A DNA stretch of 64,000 nucleotides, from assembly GCA_963719085.1 (NCBI GenBank), contig CAVRAL010000001.1, positions 160,001-224,000 of the forward strand, in the 5' to 3' direction. Under the pieces are notes generated by a model, which was not told where the DNA came from, did not search any database, and was given only the letters and a program-made list of their open reading frames with translations. The translations under genes and the position numbers were made by a program. Positions 9,884-18,396 of this stretch are shown in pieces (within the stretch, counting starts at the first letter, position 1; each line of letters starts with the position of its first letter). This DNA comes from a candidate division FCPU426 bacterium (lineage in GTDB: Bacteria > Oederibacteriota > Muellerivitia > Muellerivitales > Muellerivitaceae).

Positions 9884-10270
9884 ATGAAAATCCGGGGCGT
9901 CGACCTCATCGCCTTCCATGTGGCGGACCTCAACGAGGGGACCCGTTATTACGAGAACCTGGGATTTCAAGTTCAGTTTAGATCCAATGAACTGGGCGTC
10001 ACGGTTTTCCTTTTGGGGACGGATTTTCCCAAACTGCTGGTGACCACCGAGCCTCCGCCCGTTCCCGGGAAGGGAACCTCCCGGCTTTGGTTGGAGGTGG
10101 AGGATGTCACGGCCTTGCTGCCCGAGTTGAAAGCCAAAACCGCCCAGTTCGTCCGGGAGCCCCTGCTCATCGCCACGGGTTGGCTCGTTGAGACCGCGGA
10201 TCCCTGGGGCAACGTGATGAGCTTTCGCGACTACACCGCCCAACCCGATTACGGCCGCCCGAAGAAGTAA
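9884..10270 (+). CDS. VOC/glyoxalase family protein
   Basis: VADL...YY..LGF start and DPWGN motif. Confidence 0.8.
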   Translation: MKIRGVDLIAFHVADLNEGTRYYENLGFQVQFRSNELGVTVFLLGTDFPKLLVTTEPPPVPGKGTSRLWLEVEDVTALLPELKAKTAQFVREPLLIATGWLVETADPWGNVMSFRDYTAQPDYGRPKK

Positions 10271-10297
10271 ACGAAAACGAATGAAACAATGATGAAA

Positions 10298-10345
10298 ACT
10301 GATAACGGCTGATATTTTAAACATGAGAAATCAGCCGTTATCAGT
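10298..10345. repeat. perfect 16-bp inverted repeat
   Basis: ACTGATAACGGCTGAT (10298-10313) and ATCAGCCGTTATCAGT (10330-10345). Confidence 0.8.
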
Positions 10346-10416
10346 CCATGGCAATGTTTCAAATGATTTTTTCAGCGCGAAGGGAATGATTTTAAAATGA
10401 AAAAGGAAAAAAATAC

Positions 10417-10809
10417 GTGAAAGATTACAACGAAAGCCACGCCAAATCCGGGATCAAGATCAAGCTGCCCATCGTGGAAACTTTTCCCAACCAATATCCG
10501 GGCTATACCATCCGCATCGAGATTCCCGAATACACGGCGGTCTGCCCGAAAACCGGCCTGCCCGACTTTGGAACCATTATTTTGGAATACGAGCCCGTGA
10601 AGAGTGTTCTGGAACTCAAGTCACTCAAGGGCTATATCCTGGCCTACCGCAATATCGGTATCTTTTATGAGAACGCGGTGAACCGCATGCTCCGGGATTT
10701 CACCTCGGCCGCCAAGCCCAAATGGTGCCGGGTCACCGGCGTTTTCGCCACCCGGGGCGGCATGCATTCCACCATTACGGCTACTTCCGGCCGAGTCCCG
10801 AAGGCTTAA
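10417..10809 (+). CDS. queF: NADPH-dependent 7-cyano-7-deazaguanine reductase (preQ1 synthase)
   Basis: ETFPN, CPKTGLPDF, ELKSLK and RGG motifs. Confidence 0.95.
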   Translation: MKDYNESHAKSGIKIKLPIVETFPNQYPGYTIRIEIPEYTAVCPKTGLPDFGTIILEYEPVKSVLELKSLKGYILAYRNIGIFYENAVNRMLRDFTSAAKPKWCRVTGVFATRGGMHSTITATSGRVPKA

Positions 10810-10867
10810 TCGGCCGCAGCCCCCTAAGGGCTGGCTCGAGCGTCTAAACCCTCAAGGTACGCCTTTT

Positions 10868-10927
10868 CCCAAGCCGAGCTTGGACCATGCCCAAGCCGAG
10901 CTTGGACCCCACAGCCCAAGCTGAGGG
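10868..10927 (+). repeat. tandem hairpin direct repeats
   Basis: CCCAAGCCGAGCTTGGACC occurs exactly at 10868-10886 and 10890-10908, with a partial third copy from 10915. Confidence 0.8.
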
Positions 10928-11045
10928 ATGGTGTCTGGGATGAGGCCCGGTCTGCGACCAGGCCCCAAGTTTTACTTTAAATGAACATGAAGCTTTTTTT
11001 GTTTTGTGTATAATCCCCCCCAACTTTCGCAAGGAGCAACCCAAG

Positions 11046-11858
11046 ATGGCAATCAAGACCGAATGGACCACGGATACCTTTGGCCATGTTTATAAAGGCC
11101 GTTCCCTTTACCGGGGCCAGACCCCTTTCCAGTCCATGGAGATTTTCGAGAACGAGACTTTCGGAACCCTATTGTTTCTGGACGGCAAGATCCAGATCAG
11201 CCGCGGCGATGAGAACCGCTACCACCAATACCTGGTCTCGGCGCCGCTTTTAGCGCATAAAAACCCTGAAAGCATCTGCATCATCGGCGGCGGGGATTGT
11301 TTCGCCATCGAGGAAGCGGTCAAGTTTAAGGGGTTGAAGCGGATTTTGATGGTGGAGATCGACAAGGGTGTGGTGGATTTTTGCCGCAAGCACTATCCCG
11401 AGATTGAGAAATGCCTGAAGGACAAACGGGTTGAGATTATTTACGAGGACGCCCGCAAGTGGCTGGAGAATAAGCCCGAGACTTTCGACGTGCTTATCAT
11501 CGACCTCACCGAGCCCCACGGGCCGTCCAAGATGCTTTACACGCAGGAATTTTATAAAACTTGTAAAGGGAAGCTGAATCCCAAGGGCCTGATCGCGATC
11601 CATACGGACAACTATTATTTGTTCCCCGAATCCTTCGCCACCATCTATAAAACCTTCCACTCGGTTTTTCCCAATATCCTCACCGCCCGGGTGGACATGC
11701 CTTGCTTTGGGATGGGATGGACCTACCGGATGGCGTCATCCGCCCCGATCTCGATCAAAACGATGGAGTCCAACATTCAAAAAATGAGAAAGAAGGGCGT
11801 TACGTTTGACTATTTAACGCCGTCTCTTTTTTGGTCCAGCCGACGAACGAGGAACTGA
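11046..11858 (+). CDS. speE: spermidine synthase / polyamine aminopropyltransferase; likely frameshifted near the 3' end (true end about 11944)
   Basis: LDGKIQ, IIGGGD, VEID and FDVLIIDLTEP motifs; an alternative frame after the T6 run at 11827-11832 continues to TAG 11944. Confidence 0.88.
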   Translation: MAIKTEWTTDTFGHVYKGRSLYRGQTPFQSMEIFENETFGTLLFLDGKIQISRGDENRYHQYLVSAPLLAHKNPESICIIGGGDCFAIEEAVKFKGLKRILMVEIDKGVVDFCRKHYPEIEKCLKDKRVEIIYEDARKWLENKPETFDVLIIDLTEPHGPSKMLYTQEFYKTCKGKLNPKGLIAIHTDNYYLFPESFATIYKTFHSVFPNILTARVDMPCFGMGWTYRMASSAPISIKTMESNIQKMRKKGVTFDYLTPSLFWSSRRTRN

Positions 11859-12073
11859 AGGTTTTGAAAACCAAAGGACGGCTCTCGACGGACCGAAAGC
11901 CCTACGATAAATTCGAGAAGATGAAGGAATACGTGACGAAGTAGAAACATCGAAGGCAATTGGCATTGATGAACGCGGGTTTTAAGGTCGAAAAATCAGA
12001 GATTGAGGGAAGTCATCGGCATTTATCCGCGTGCGCGCCGCTCTTCCATATAGGAGTTAAGAGAGAGCGGCAT

Positions 12074-12113
12074 TGTCCCGGGACTCCTTAACTTCTCGTG
12101 GGGTCCCGGGGCA
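12074..12113. terminator. hairpin between convergent speE and GT9 genes
   Basis: TGTCCCGGGACTCC ... GGGGTCCCGGGGCA stem; no clear U-tract. Confidence 0.45.
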
Positions 12114-12119
12114 TCATTG

Positions 12120-13433
12120 CTAAATTTTGTTCGCGCTTAATCCCCGCAGGTAGGTTTCCACGTCCCGGTAGATGTTGTCGACGTCTAACACCTCAAAACA
12201 TCTTACCTTTTGGCAGGTCTTGGCCATCTTGTTGACGCACGTAATATTGCGGCAGGGGCTTTCGGAGACATAGGTCCTCGAAATAACGTCCTGGTTCGCC
12301 GGCGGAAACAAGGGGTCGGTGGAGTCGTATCCCGACATCCGGGGCGGGGTGGCGCCGAAGACCGAAATCACGAAAGTTTTATTCCGGAATTTAACATTTC
12401 CCGACTTGGAGACTTTCCGGGCGGCCGCCATATGCAGGGGCCCTGTGTCGCCGGAGAGAAAAACGTCGGTAAAGTCGATGAGGGCGCAATAGCCGTCGAT
12501 TGAAAGTCCCGTGGGGACGATAACCACCTTCTTTTTCTCGTCCTCGCTCAAACCTTCCCAAAGCCGCTTTTCAATATCTTTGGCCGTGAAGGCTGCTCCC
12601 AATAAAACCGACAGATCCATTTGCGCGAAATGCTTTAGGATCGCCAATTGATAATCAAAGGGGATGCGGGTGAAGGGGGAAGCGGTGTCGGGGTTCAGGA
12701 AAAAGATGGGTTTATCCAAAGCGATCCCGTTGGACTTCAAAAAGTCCTTGGCTTCCTCAAAGGATTTATCCGAAAGGGTCAAGGGAACGCCGGTAAAGGC
12801 GTCGGTTCTTTGGGGTTTTCCAAGGCTTGAAAGCAATTTGTGGGGAAATTCGTAGGATTGAAACAAAAAGTGATTGATCCCGGTCTGGTCGATGTCGTTG
12901 CGCACCAATTGGGGAGCCACGGTCATAAAATTCATGATGGCTTGGCCTTCGGGAAAAAGGCGGCTGTTTTCGAAAAAGGGACTGCAATTAAAGCAAAGGT
13001 CATAGTGGTTTTCCGCCACCAGTTTTTGCACTTCCGCCACATCGGCCGCGTTGGGATAGGGCGCTCCCGTAAAGACCGGATAAAGGTTGGAAATGTCGGG
13101 ATTTCCCTCAATCAAGCAGGCGATCGACTTTTTAATGACGTAGTCGATCCGGGCGGTGGGGAAAAAGTCGCGGAAGGCGCTGACGGCGGCCTGCATCATG
13201 ATGGCGTCGCCGATATGGACGTCGGGGATGACGAGAATTCGCTCGAATTTTTTAACTTTTTGGATGGCCTGAAGGTTTTTCCTCAGGGTGTGGTTGACCA
13301 AAAGCCGGTTACCCACGATGGGCGTCAAGGTATGGTTAAAAAACCAGGCCCCTGATCGGGGAAACCAAGTGGTGACCAGGCTGGTGAGGTGAAACAGGGT
13401 CTTCTGCAGCTTGTTGTCGAGCATTGTTCCCAT
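12120..13433 (-). CDS. glycosyltransferase family 9 (heptosyltransferase-like)
   Basis: HIGDAIM and SGDTGPLHMAAA motifs. Confidence 0.85.
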   Translation of the reverse strand: MGTMLDNKLQKTLFHLTSLVTTWFPRSGAWFFNHTLTPIVGNRLLVNHTLRKNLQAIQKVKKFERILVIPDVHIGDAIMMQAAVSAFRDFFPTARIDYVIKKSIACLIEGNPDISNLYPVFTGAPYPNAADVAEVQKLVAENHYDLCFNCSPFFENSRLFPEGQAIMNFMTVAPQLVRNDIDQTGINHFLFQSYEFPHKLLSSLGKPQRTDAFTGVPLTLSDKSFEEAKDFLKSNGIALDKPIFFLNPDTASPFTRIPFDYQLAILKHFAQMDLSVLLGAAFTAKDIEKRLWEGLSEDEKKKVVIVPTGLSIDGYCALIDFTDVFLSGDTGPLHMAAARKVSKSGNVKFRNKTFVISVFGATPPRMSGYDSTDPLFPPANQDVISRTYVSESPCRNITCVNKMAKTCQKVRCFEVLDVDNIYRDVETYLRGLSANKI

Positions 13434-13554
13434 GGGTTAAAAAGATGAAAGTCGACGGCTATTATCCCATTCCCCCTGCCGGGGTCAAGACTGGCTGGAC
13501 AAGGTTCTGCGATTCCTTTTGAATCGACCCTTGAATTGCGTGTACCCTAGTCTT

Positions 13555-14802
13555 ATGCAACCACGTTTGGTTTTATTCGCCAAAACCCTTTTAACTTTGG
13601 ACCGCTCGAAACCCATCGAGGATGGTTTTGTGCTGGTTCAAGGCAGCCGGATCCTGCAAGTGGGACGCCGGAAGGATTTTTATTCCCAGCCGCCGGTTCG
13701 CGCCCTGGATCTGGGCGACACGATTCTTTTGCCCGGCCTCATCAACGCCCATTGCCACTTGGACTTTACCGCCTTCAAGGGAAAGGTTCCTTTTAAGGGA
13801 AGCTTCCGCGAGTGGCTGAGGGAGATGGCGGGCAAGAGCCGGCTGGCCACAACGGCCGATTTTCACAAGTCGGTCAAATCCGGGATCCAGGAAAGCCTGG
13901 CCCATGGCACGACAACGCTTTGCGACATTTCCACCAGTGGGGAAAGTTTTAAATTGCTTCCCAAGTCGGGCCTGCGGGCCTTCGCTTTTTTGGAGCTTTT
14001 GGATGTGGCCCAGCCCAAGCCGGACGCGGTTTGGAAAAGCTTCCAAGAACGGATGAAGCGTTTGACTTCCGGGCTCCCGGATTCGGAAACATTCCGCTGG
14101 GGCATCGGCCCCCACACGCCTTTCACCGTTTCCAAGGAACTTCTTCTTTTGGCGGGCCGATACGTGGGCTCGCGGGCCCATTGTTTGACCACCCTGCATG
14201 TGGCGGAAAGCCGGGAAGAGTCCGTTTTTTTTAAGCGGGGAAAAGGCCCGATGGCGGATCGCATCAAGGTTTTAAACCCCGATTGGAACCTTCCCCACGG
14301 CACCACGCCGGTTCAATACTTAAACGAGTGCGGCTGGCTTCCTAAATTGGACCTGGCGGTCCATCTCAACGAAGTAGTGGAAAAGGACTTAAGGCTTCTG
14401 GCCAAGAACCGGGTAAGCGTTGTTCACTGCCCGGGGAGCCACGACTTTTTTAACCATTCCCGGTTTAAATTTGAAAAAATGCGCCGCTTGGGGATTCGAG
14501 TCTGCCTGGGGACGGATAGCTTGGCCAGCAACCGGTCTTTGTCCCTGTTCCGTGAAATGAGGCTTTTTCAAGGCGCGCACCCCAAGGTGGGTGCCGAGGA
14601 GATCCTTTCCATGGTGACGGTTAAACCGGCGCAGGCCTTAGGGGAGGGCCGTACCTTAGGGAGGATAAAACCGGGCTATTTCGCCGATCTCATCGGCATT
14701 CCGGCCCCGCGGCGGGGTCAAAAAGACCCCTATCAAGCCGTGATTCAAAACCAACGCCCCGTCACTTTTTCCATGATTCATGGCCGCTTAAGGCTCCGCT
14801 AA
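13555..14802 (+). CDS. amidohydrolase, MtaD/aminodeoxyfutalosine deaminase-like
   Basis: PGLINAHCHLD, PHTPF, HVAES, HCPGS and LGTDSLASN motifs. Confidence 0.85.
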   Translation: MQPRLVLFAKTLLTLDRSKPIEDGFVLVQGSRILQVGRRKDFYSQPPVRALDLGDTILLPGLINAHCHLDFTAFKGKVPFKGSFREWLREMAGKSRLATTADFHKSVKSGIQESLAHGTTTLCDISTSGESFKLLPKSGLRAFAFLELLDVAQPKPDAVWKSFQERMKRLTSGLPDSETFRWGIGPHTPFTVSKELLLLAGRYVGSRAHCLTTLHVAESREESVFFKRGKGPMADRIKVLNPDWNLPHGTTPVQYLNECGWLPKLDLAVHLNEVVEKDLRLLAKNRVSVVHCPGSHDFFNHSRFKFEKMRRLGIRVCLGTDSLASNRSLSLFREMRLFQGAHPKVGAEEILSMVTVKPAQALGEGRTLGRIKPGYFADLIGIPAPRRGQKDPYQAVIQNQRPVTFSMIHGRLRLR

Positions 14803-14836
14803 AGGGCCCCTCTATTCCCTTATTTGGCCTATTTCT

Positions 14837-14861
14837 GGGATTTACCCAGTTAACTCCCTAA
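14837..14861. repeat. terminal inverted repeat (cargo side)
   Basis: GGGATTTACCCAGTTAACTCCCTAA; 23/25 identical to the reverse complement of 18617-18641. Confidence 0.93.
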
Positions 14862-15005
14862 ATCCATAAACCCCTTTAAATTAGGCCCTAAAAACTCACA
14901 GAAAGCTCCCTTTAAATAGCCTTAAATTTTTGGTCTAAAAGTCTTAAATAATCATTAAGTATGATGGAATGGAAGATAAAGAGTTACGTTTGTATACCCC
15001 ATTGC

Positions 15006-15033
15006 TTGACATCAAAATACCTGTAATTATAAT
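15006..15033 (+). promoter_or_regulatory. sigma70-type promoter for the cargo gene pair
   Basis: TTGACA-N16-TATAAT. Confidence 0.75.
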
Positions 15034-15126
15034 GCCTGTTCTTTGACTCAGGCCAATTTTGGCATTTAGAAGTAACCTTTAATTTTTAATCTATAAAACA
15101 ATCTGTTTAAGATTCTGGAGCTAAAC

Positions 15127-15324
15127 ATGAACGAAAAAGAACAGTTAGATCAAATCCAAAGTGAACTCAAAGCTCGTGGAGTTAAGGATGTGAAGTTTTT
15201 TGTTTCTACCACCGGAGAAGCTTCTACGAATAAAGTTGCCGCTGCTGCCGCAACTTTTCTTAGAGCAATCTTGGACGGAAAACGAACTCTCAAGAAAGAA
15301 TTTGGGAGCAATAAATCCAAATAA
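15127..15324 (+). CDS. small hypothetical protein (65 aa)
   Basis: GGAG RBS, downstream of a consensus promoter, upstream of the IrrE-like gene. Confidence 0.7.
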   Translation: MNEKEQLDQIQSELKARGVKDVKFFVSTTGEASTNKVAAAAATFLRAILDGKRTLKKEFGSNKSK

Positions 15325-15410
15325 GTTAGAACCCGTATCCTTGATATTGATGGGCTCTTAAATGTAAGAGCCCATTTTTTTTGTTTAAAATACCGTATTT
15401 GGGGCGTCCT

Positions 15411-16046
15411 ATGAGACAGATTACCTATCGACATTTAAAAATTTGTTTAGAAAAAGCAAAGGAGATGTTCGATAAATATCAAACCTGGGGAGATGGCGAT
15501 CCTGGGTTCGAGAGAAATGTCGATGTTTTGGGTAGTGTTTGCGCCCGGGATTTAGAGGAAAGCATTCGTGTCTATGACGTTGAAGCTGTGCCGGAAGAGT
15601 TAAAAGAACTATGCGGTGGCTTGTGCTTAGTGATCGAAGATGGAAGTTATGAAATTAATTTACATCCGGCGCTCAATCCCTGCTGGCAACGATTCATTTT
15701 ATGTAAGGAACTCTTCCAAGTTGTTTTGGACGGCCAAGAGTATAGAAGCGTAAATTTGTATGCTCACCTAGAACAGCTGATTCAAATAATGCCGGGGGAC
15801 GGGGATGACGATAGTATTTATCTTCCGGGCGTTTCTGAGTTGATGGCTGAAATAGCTGCAATGGAATTTTTATTTCCATATTCTGAACGGTTAAAAATCA
15901 AATCTCAAAAAAGTATAAATTTGTTAGACGTTGCAACCAAATATCGGATTCCTCAAAAGTTTGTTGCCATTTATCTTTCGGACGCTTATATGGGTTTTCT
16001 AAATCCCGATTCAGATGATTTGAAAGTTGCTGAAAGCTCGGTATAG
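15411..16046 (+). CDS. ImmA/IrrE-like metallopeptidase-fold protein with degenerate HExxH
   Basis: LNPCWQRFILCKELFQ and E..AEIAAMEFLFP, then an HTH-like VATKYRIP; matches the IrrE/DUF955 layout by eye. Confidence 0.6.
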   Translation: MRQITYRHLKICLEKAKEMFDKYQTWGDGDPGFERNVDVLGSVCARDLEESIRVYDVEAVPEELKELCGGLCLVIEDGSYEINLHPALNPCWQRFILCKELFQVVLDGQEYRSVNLYAHLEQLIQIMPGDGDDDSIYLPGVSELMAEIAAMEFLFPYSERLKIKSQKSINLLDVATKYRIPQKFVAIYLSDAYMGFLNPDSDDLKVAESSV

Positions 16047-16090
16047 ATTATCTGTAGACTTGTTGTCTTAGGGCTAAAGCCCCCCCGAAG

Positions 16091-16297
16091 TCATTTAAAA
16101 AACTCCCCAAAATCGACTTTCAAATAATCGGCTATTTTCTCCAAAACCGGGATAGTTGGTATCCTTTTGCCGTTAAGGTAATTGTGGATAGTGGCTTTTG
16201 ATATTCCCGCCCCGAAAGCTACCTTCTCAGAGCTTTGGCCGCTGTTCACAATCATTCTTCTTAGGTTTTTAACTGCTTTTTTCGCATAGTTTGACAT
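16091..16297 (-). CDS. XRE-family helix-turn-helix regulator
   Basis: SSEKVAFGAGISKATIHNYLNGKRIPTIPVLEKIADYLKV. Confidence 0.9.
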   Translation of the reverse strand: MSNYAKKAVKNLRRMIVNSGQSSEKVAFGAGISKATIHNYLNGKRIPTIPVLEKIADYLKVDFGEFFK

Positions 16298-16331
16298 GCC
16301 AAAAACTATAGATTTTTGTCTTGCCTTATAC

Positions 16332-16366
16332 GTTCACCCTTGTAAACTTTGTTTACGTTCGTAAAC
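16332..16366. promoter_or_regulatory. two tandem palindromic operators GTT(C/T)AC-N4-GTAAAC
   Basis: 16332-16347 and 16351-16366, between the divergent XRE and lipoprotein starts. Confidence 0.6.
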
Positions 16367-16384
16367 CACTTGAATAGGCTAAAC

Positions 16385-16936
16385 ATGGGCAAATATATAG
16401 TAGTCCTAATACTATCCCTTATTGGCTCACTACCTTTAGCTTGTAGCATAGACCATCCGGTACCATCTGCACCTCAAACCGTAGCTACGAGTACATACAC
16501 ACCAACAACCACTCCAACCACGACTACGACACCCACACCTACCTCTATCTACACGATGATTCCGGTTACAATCGTTGCCAATTCTCAATATCCAACTACA
16601 AGTGAACCCAGCTACAGCGCCATACTTTTATGGGGGTCTTGCCCCGGCGGAACAGGCTTATGTCTTAGTGGGTCTGTATCTTTGGGGCTGTCTTCGAATT
16701 ACCAAGCAACTACGGTCGTTTCGATACCACAAGGACAATTTACCTACATTCAAGTTAATGAAGCCTATTCACTCCCGGTAAATTATACTTTTGGAAACAC
16801 ATTGGAACTGATTGTAACCCAACCTAACGTTTCTCCTGTTACGAGTTACGGAAGTCCCGTTACTTCCGGTTCTGATGTTGCCGATGATGCTGACATTGAT
16901 ACGAATGTGGGCAGTTCCGCCTCATCAGTTAAATAA
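16385..16936 (+). CDS. putative lipoprotein with Thr/Pro-rich linker
   Basis: MGKYIVVLILSLIGSLPLAC signal/lipobox followed by a TPTTTPTTTTTPTPT linker. Confidence 0.7.
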   Translation: MGKYIVVLILSLIGSLPLACSIDHPVPSAPQTVATSTYTPTTTPTTTTTPTPTSIYTMIPVTIVANSQYPTTSEPSYSAILLWGSCPGGTGLCLSGSVSLGLSSNYQATTVVSIPQGQFTYIQVNEAYSLPVNYTFGNTLELIVTQPNVSPVTSYGSPVTSGSDVADDADIDTNVGSSASSVK

Positions 16937-16949
16937 AAGGAGTTTGAAA

Positions 16950-17204
16950 ATGGCAACCTTCTTTATTTGTTATGACCTCGCGCAAAAAGATGAAGATTAT
17001 TACGAAGACCTATTCAAAGATTTGAAAAGTCTAGGTGCCAAACGAGTTCAAGAATCGGTTTGGGCTCTTAAATCTGACCAAAGAACCTCGGAAATTTTCG
17101 ATGCTCTAAAAGGCAATTTCCCGGATGATAACGATAGGCTTTTAGTTGGAAACATAGACGGATGGAGTAGTCGCCATTCGATGTATAACATCAAAGACAT
17201 TTGA
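16950..17204 (+). CDS. stand-alone Cas2/VapD-like protein (84 aa)
   Basis: AAGGAG RBS; FFICYDL ... LKSLGAKRVQESVW ... DRLLV matches the Cas2/VapD pattern. Confidence 0.7.
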   Translation: MATFFICYDLAQKDEDYYEDLFKDLKSLGAKRVQESVWALKSDQRTSEIFDALKGNFPDDNDRLLVGNIDGWSSRHSMYNIKDI

Positions 17205-17369
17205 TTACTCATCCTCGGAGCTTTGATATTGAGGGATACCTGGAGGGGTAATAAGACTACTTTCGAATTTGACCGTTTCGAGAGATTTGCGCATTACCTC
17301 CAGGGCTTTCCATTCTTCCTTTGACTCAGGTTCAAATTTTAAACCGCCGTTGTACCAGTACACTCTCAT
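17205..17369 (-). CDS. small hypothetical protein (54 aa, MRVYWYNGGLKFEPESKEEWKAL...)
   Basis: Translated by hand; ATGA-coupled to the upstream micro-ORF; below the ORF-track cutoff. Confidence 0.5.
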   Translation of the reverse strand: MRVYWYNGGLKFEPESKEEWKALEVMRKSLETVKFESSLITPPGIPQYQSSEDE

Positions 17370-17476
17370 TTTTTTGTATCCTTCTTTTTCTTTTTGGGTT
17401 CCTTGTTTCCGAATTTCAAAATCGCATCCAAAACCTTGTTTAACTTTTCTAATTCCTCTTTAACTTTTTTGGTCAT
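17366..17476 (-). CDS. small basic protein (36 aa, MTKKVKEELEKLNKVLDAILKFGNKEPKKKKKDTKK)
   Basis: Translated by hand; ATGA overlap with the transposase stop. Confidence 0.45.
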   Translation of the reverse strand: MTKKVKEELEKLNKVLDAILKFGNKEPKKKKKDTKK

Positions 17477-18396
17477 TCTTGCGCCCCGATCAGACGCTTG
17501 TAGGTAAGCCGCTTGCCAATGGAAGAATCAAGAAGACTGGCTAAACGTTCCATGCTAGTCCTGGTAACGTTGCCGTCGCTAAGACGAAATGCAAATTCAT
17601 TTACGTATCGAGAAAGGTGTTTCTTGGAGGCGTGGTGATAGACTCCATTCAAACCACGCTTCATAACTGCCCAAACGCTTTCAATTCCGTTGGTAGTTAC
17701 GTCGCCACGAACATACTCTTCTTTTTCGTGATTGATTTTCTCAATCGTGTATTGGCTCTTGAGATATTTGTATCCTGGGAATTGATCGGTATTCAAAATT
17801 GAACCCGCTTCAATATTTTTGGTAATGGTTTCAAATCGTTCTTTGGCGTTGATTTCATCAACCACTACGCCTTTAGTACGGCCTTTGCGTTCCCGCATTC
17901 CAACAACAATTGTTTTTCCGATAGAACCACCACCATGAATCCTTTTACTTTGATGCTTGTTTGCTTCAAGGCCACCAACATAAGTTTCATCAATCTCAAC
18001 AGTGCCACTTAAAAGTAGGGAAGGATCACCAGCACATGCTTCTCTAATACGACTCAAAAGAAACCAAGCCGTTGTTTGAGTGACTCCGATTTCTTTAGAC
18101 AGTTGCATTGATGAAACGCCTTTCCTTGAAGTCACTAGGAGGTACATTGCAAACAACCATTTATTTAATGGAACGTGAGACCGCTCAAAGAGGGTGCCAG
18201 TTCTCACAGTGAAATCAACCAAACAGGCATTACAGTGGTAGTAGCCACGCTTACGGATGCCAATGCGTTTAGTCTCCGAACAGCACGGGCAAATAGGTCC
18301 ATTTGGCCATCTGCGGGCCTCAATATGCTTCCTCGCTGCCTCTTCGTCTGGAAACATCTCCATAAGCTTGTAAGCGCTAATCGCTGTGTTTTTCAT
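17473..18396 (-). CDS. IS1595-family DDE transposase
   Basis: Zn ribbon CPCC..CNAC, EIDETYVGG, TDQ, TNGIESVW and YVNEFAFR motifs. Confidence 0.96.
   Translation of the reverse strand: MKNTAISAYKLMEMFPDEEAARKHIEARRWPNGPICPCCSETKRIGIRKRGYYHCNACLVDFTVRTGTLFERSHVPLNKWLFAMYLLVTSRKGVSSMQLSKEIGVTQTTAWFLLSRIREACAGDPSLLLSGTVEIDETYVGGLEANKHQSKRIHGGGSIGKTIVVGMRERKGRTKGVVVDEINAKERFETITKNIEAGSILNTDQFPGYKYLKSQYTIEKINHEKEEYVRGDVTTNGIESVWAVMKRGLNGVYHHASKKHLSRYVNEFAFRLSDGNVTRTSMERLASLLDSSIGKRLTYKRLIGAQE

Noticed and set aside
10271..10416. preQ1 riboswitch upstream of queF
   Set aside because: No preQ1-like stem-loop consensus is recognisable; the region is dominated by a 16-bp inverted repeat.
10868..10927. 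Mini CRISPR array
   Set aside because: The repeats are 19 nt and separated by only 3-6 nt, so there are no spacers.
14813..14825. TATTCCCTTATTT resembling the transposon right junction (TATTCCCCTATTT)
   Set aside because: Only 13 nt of low-complexity sequence; cannot be separated from chance.
16950..17204. CRISPR-Cas locus implied by the Cas2-like gene
   Set aside because: No cas1, effector genes or array anywhere in the window.
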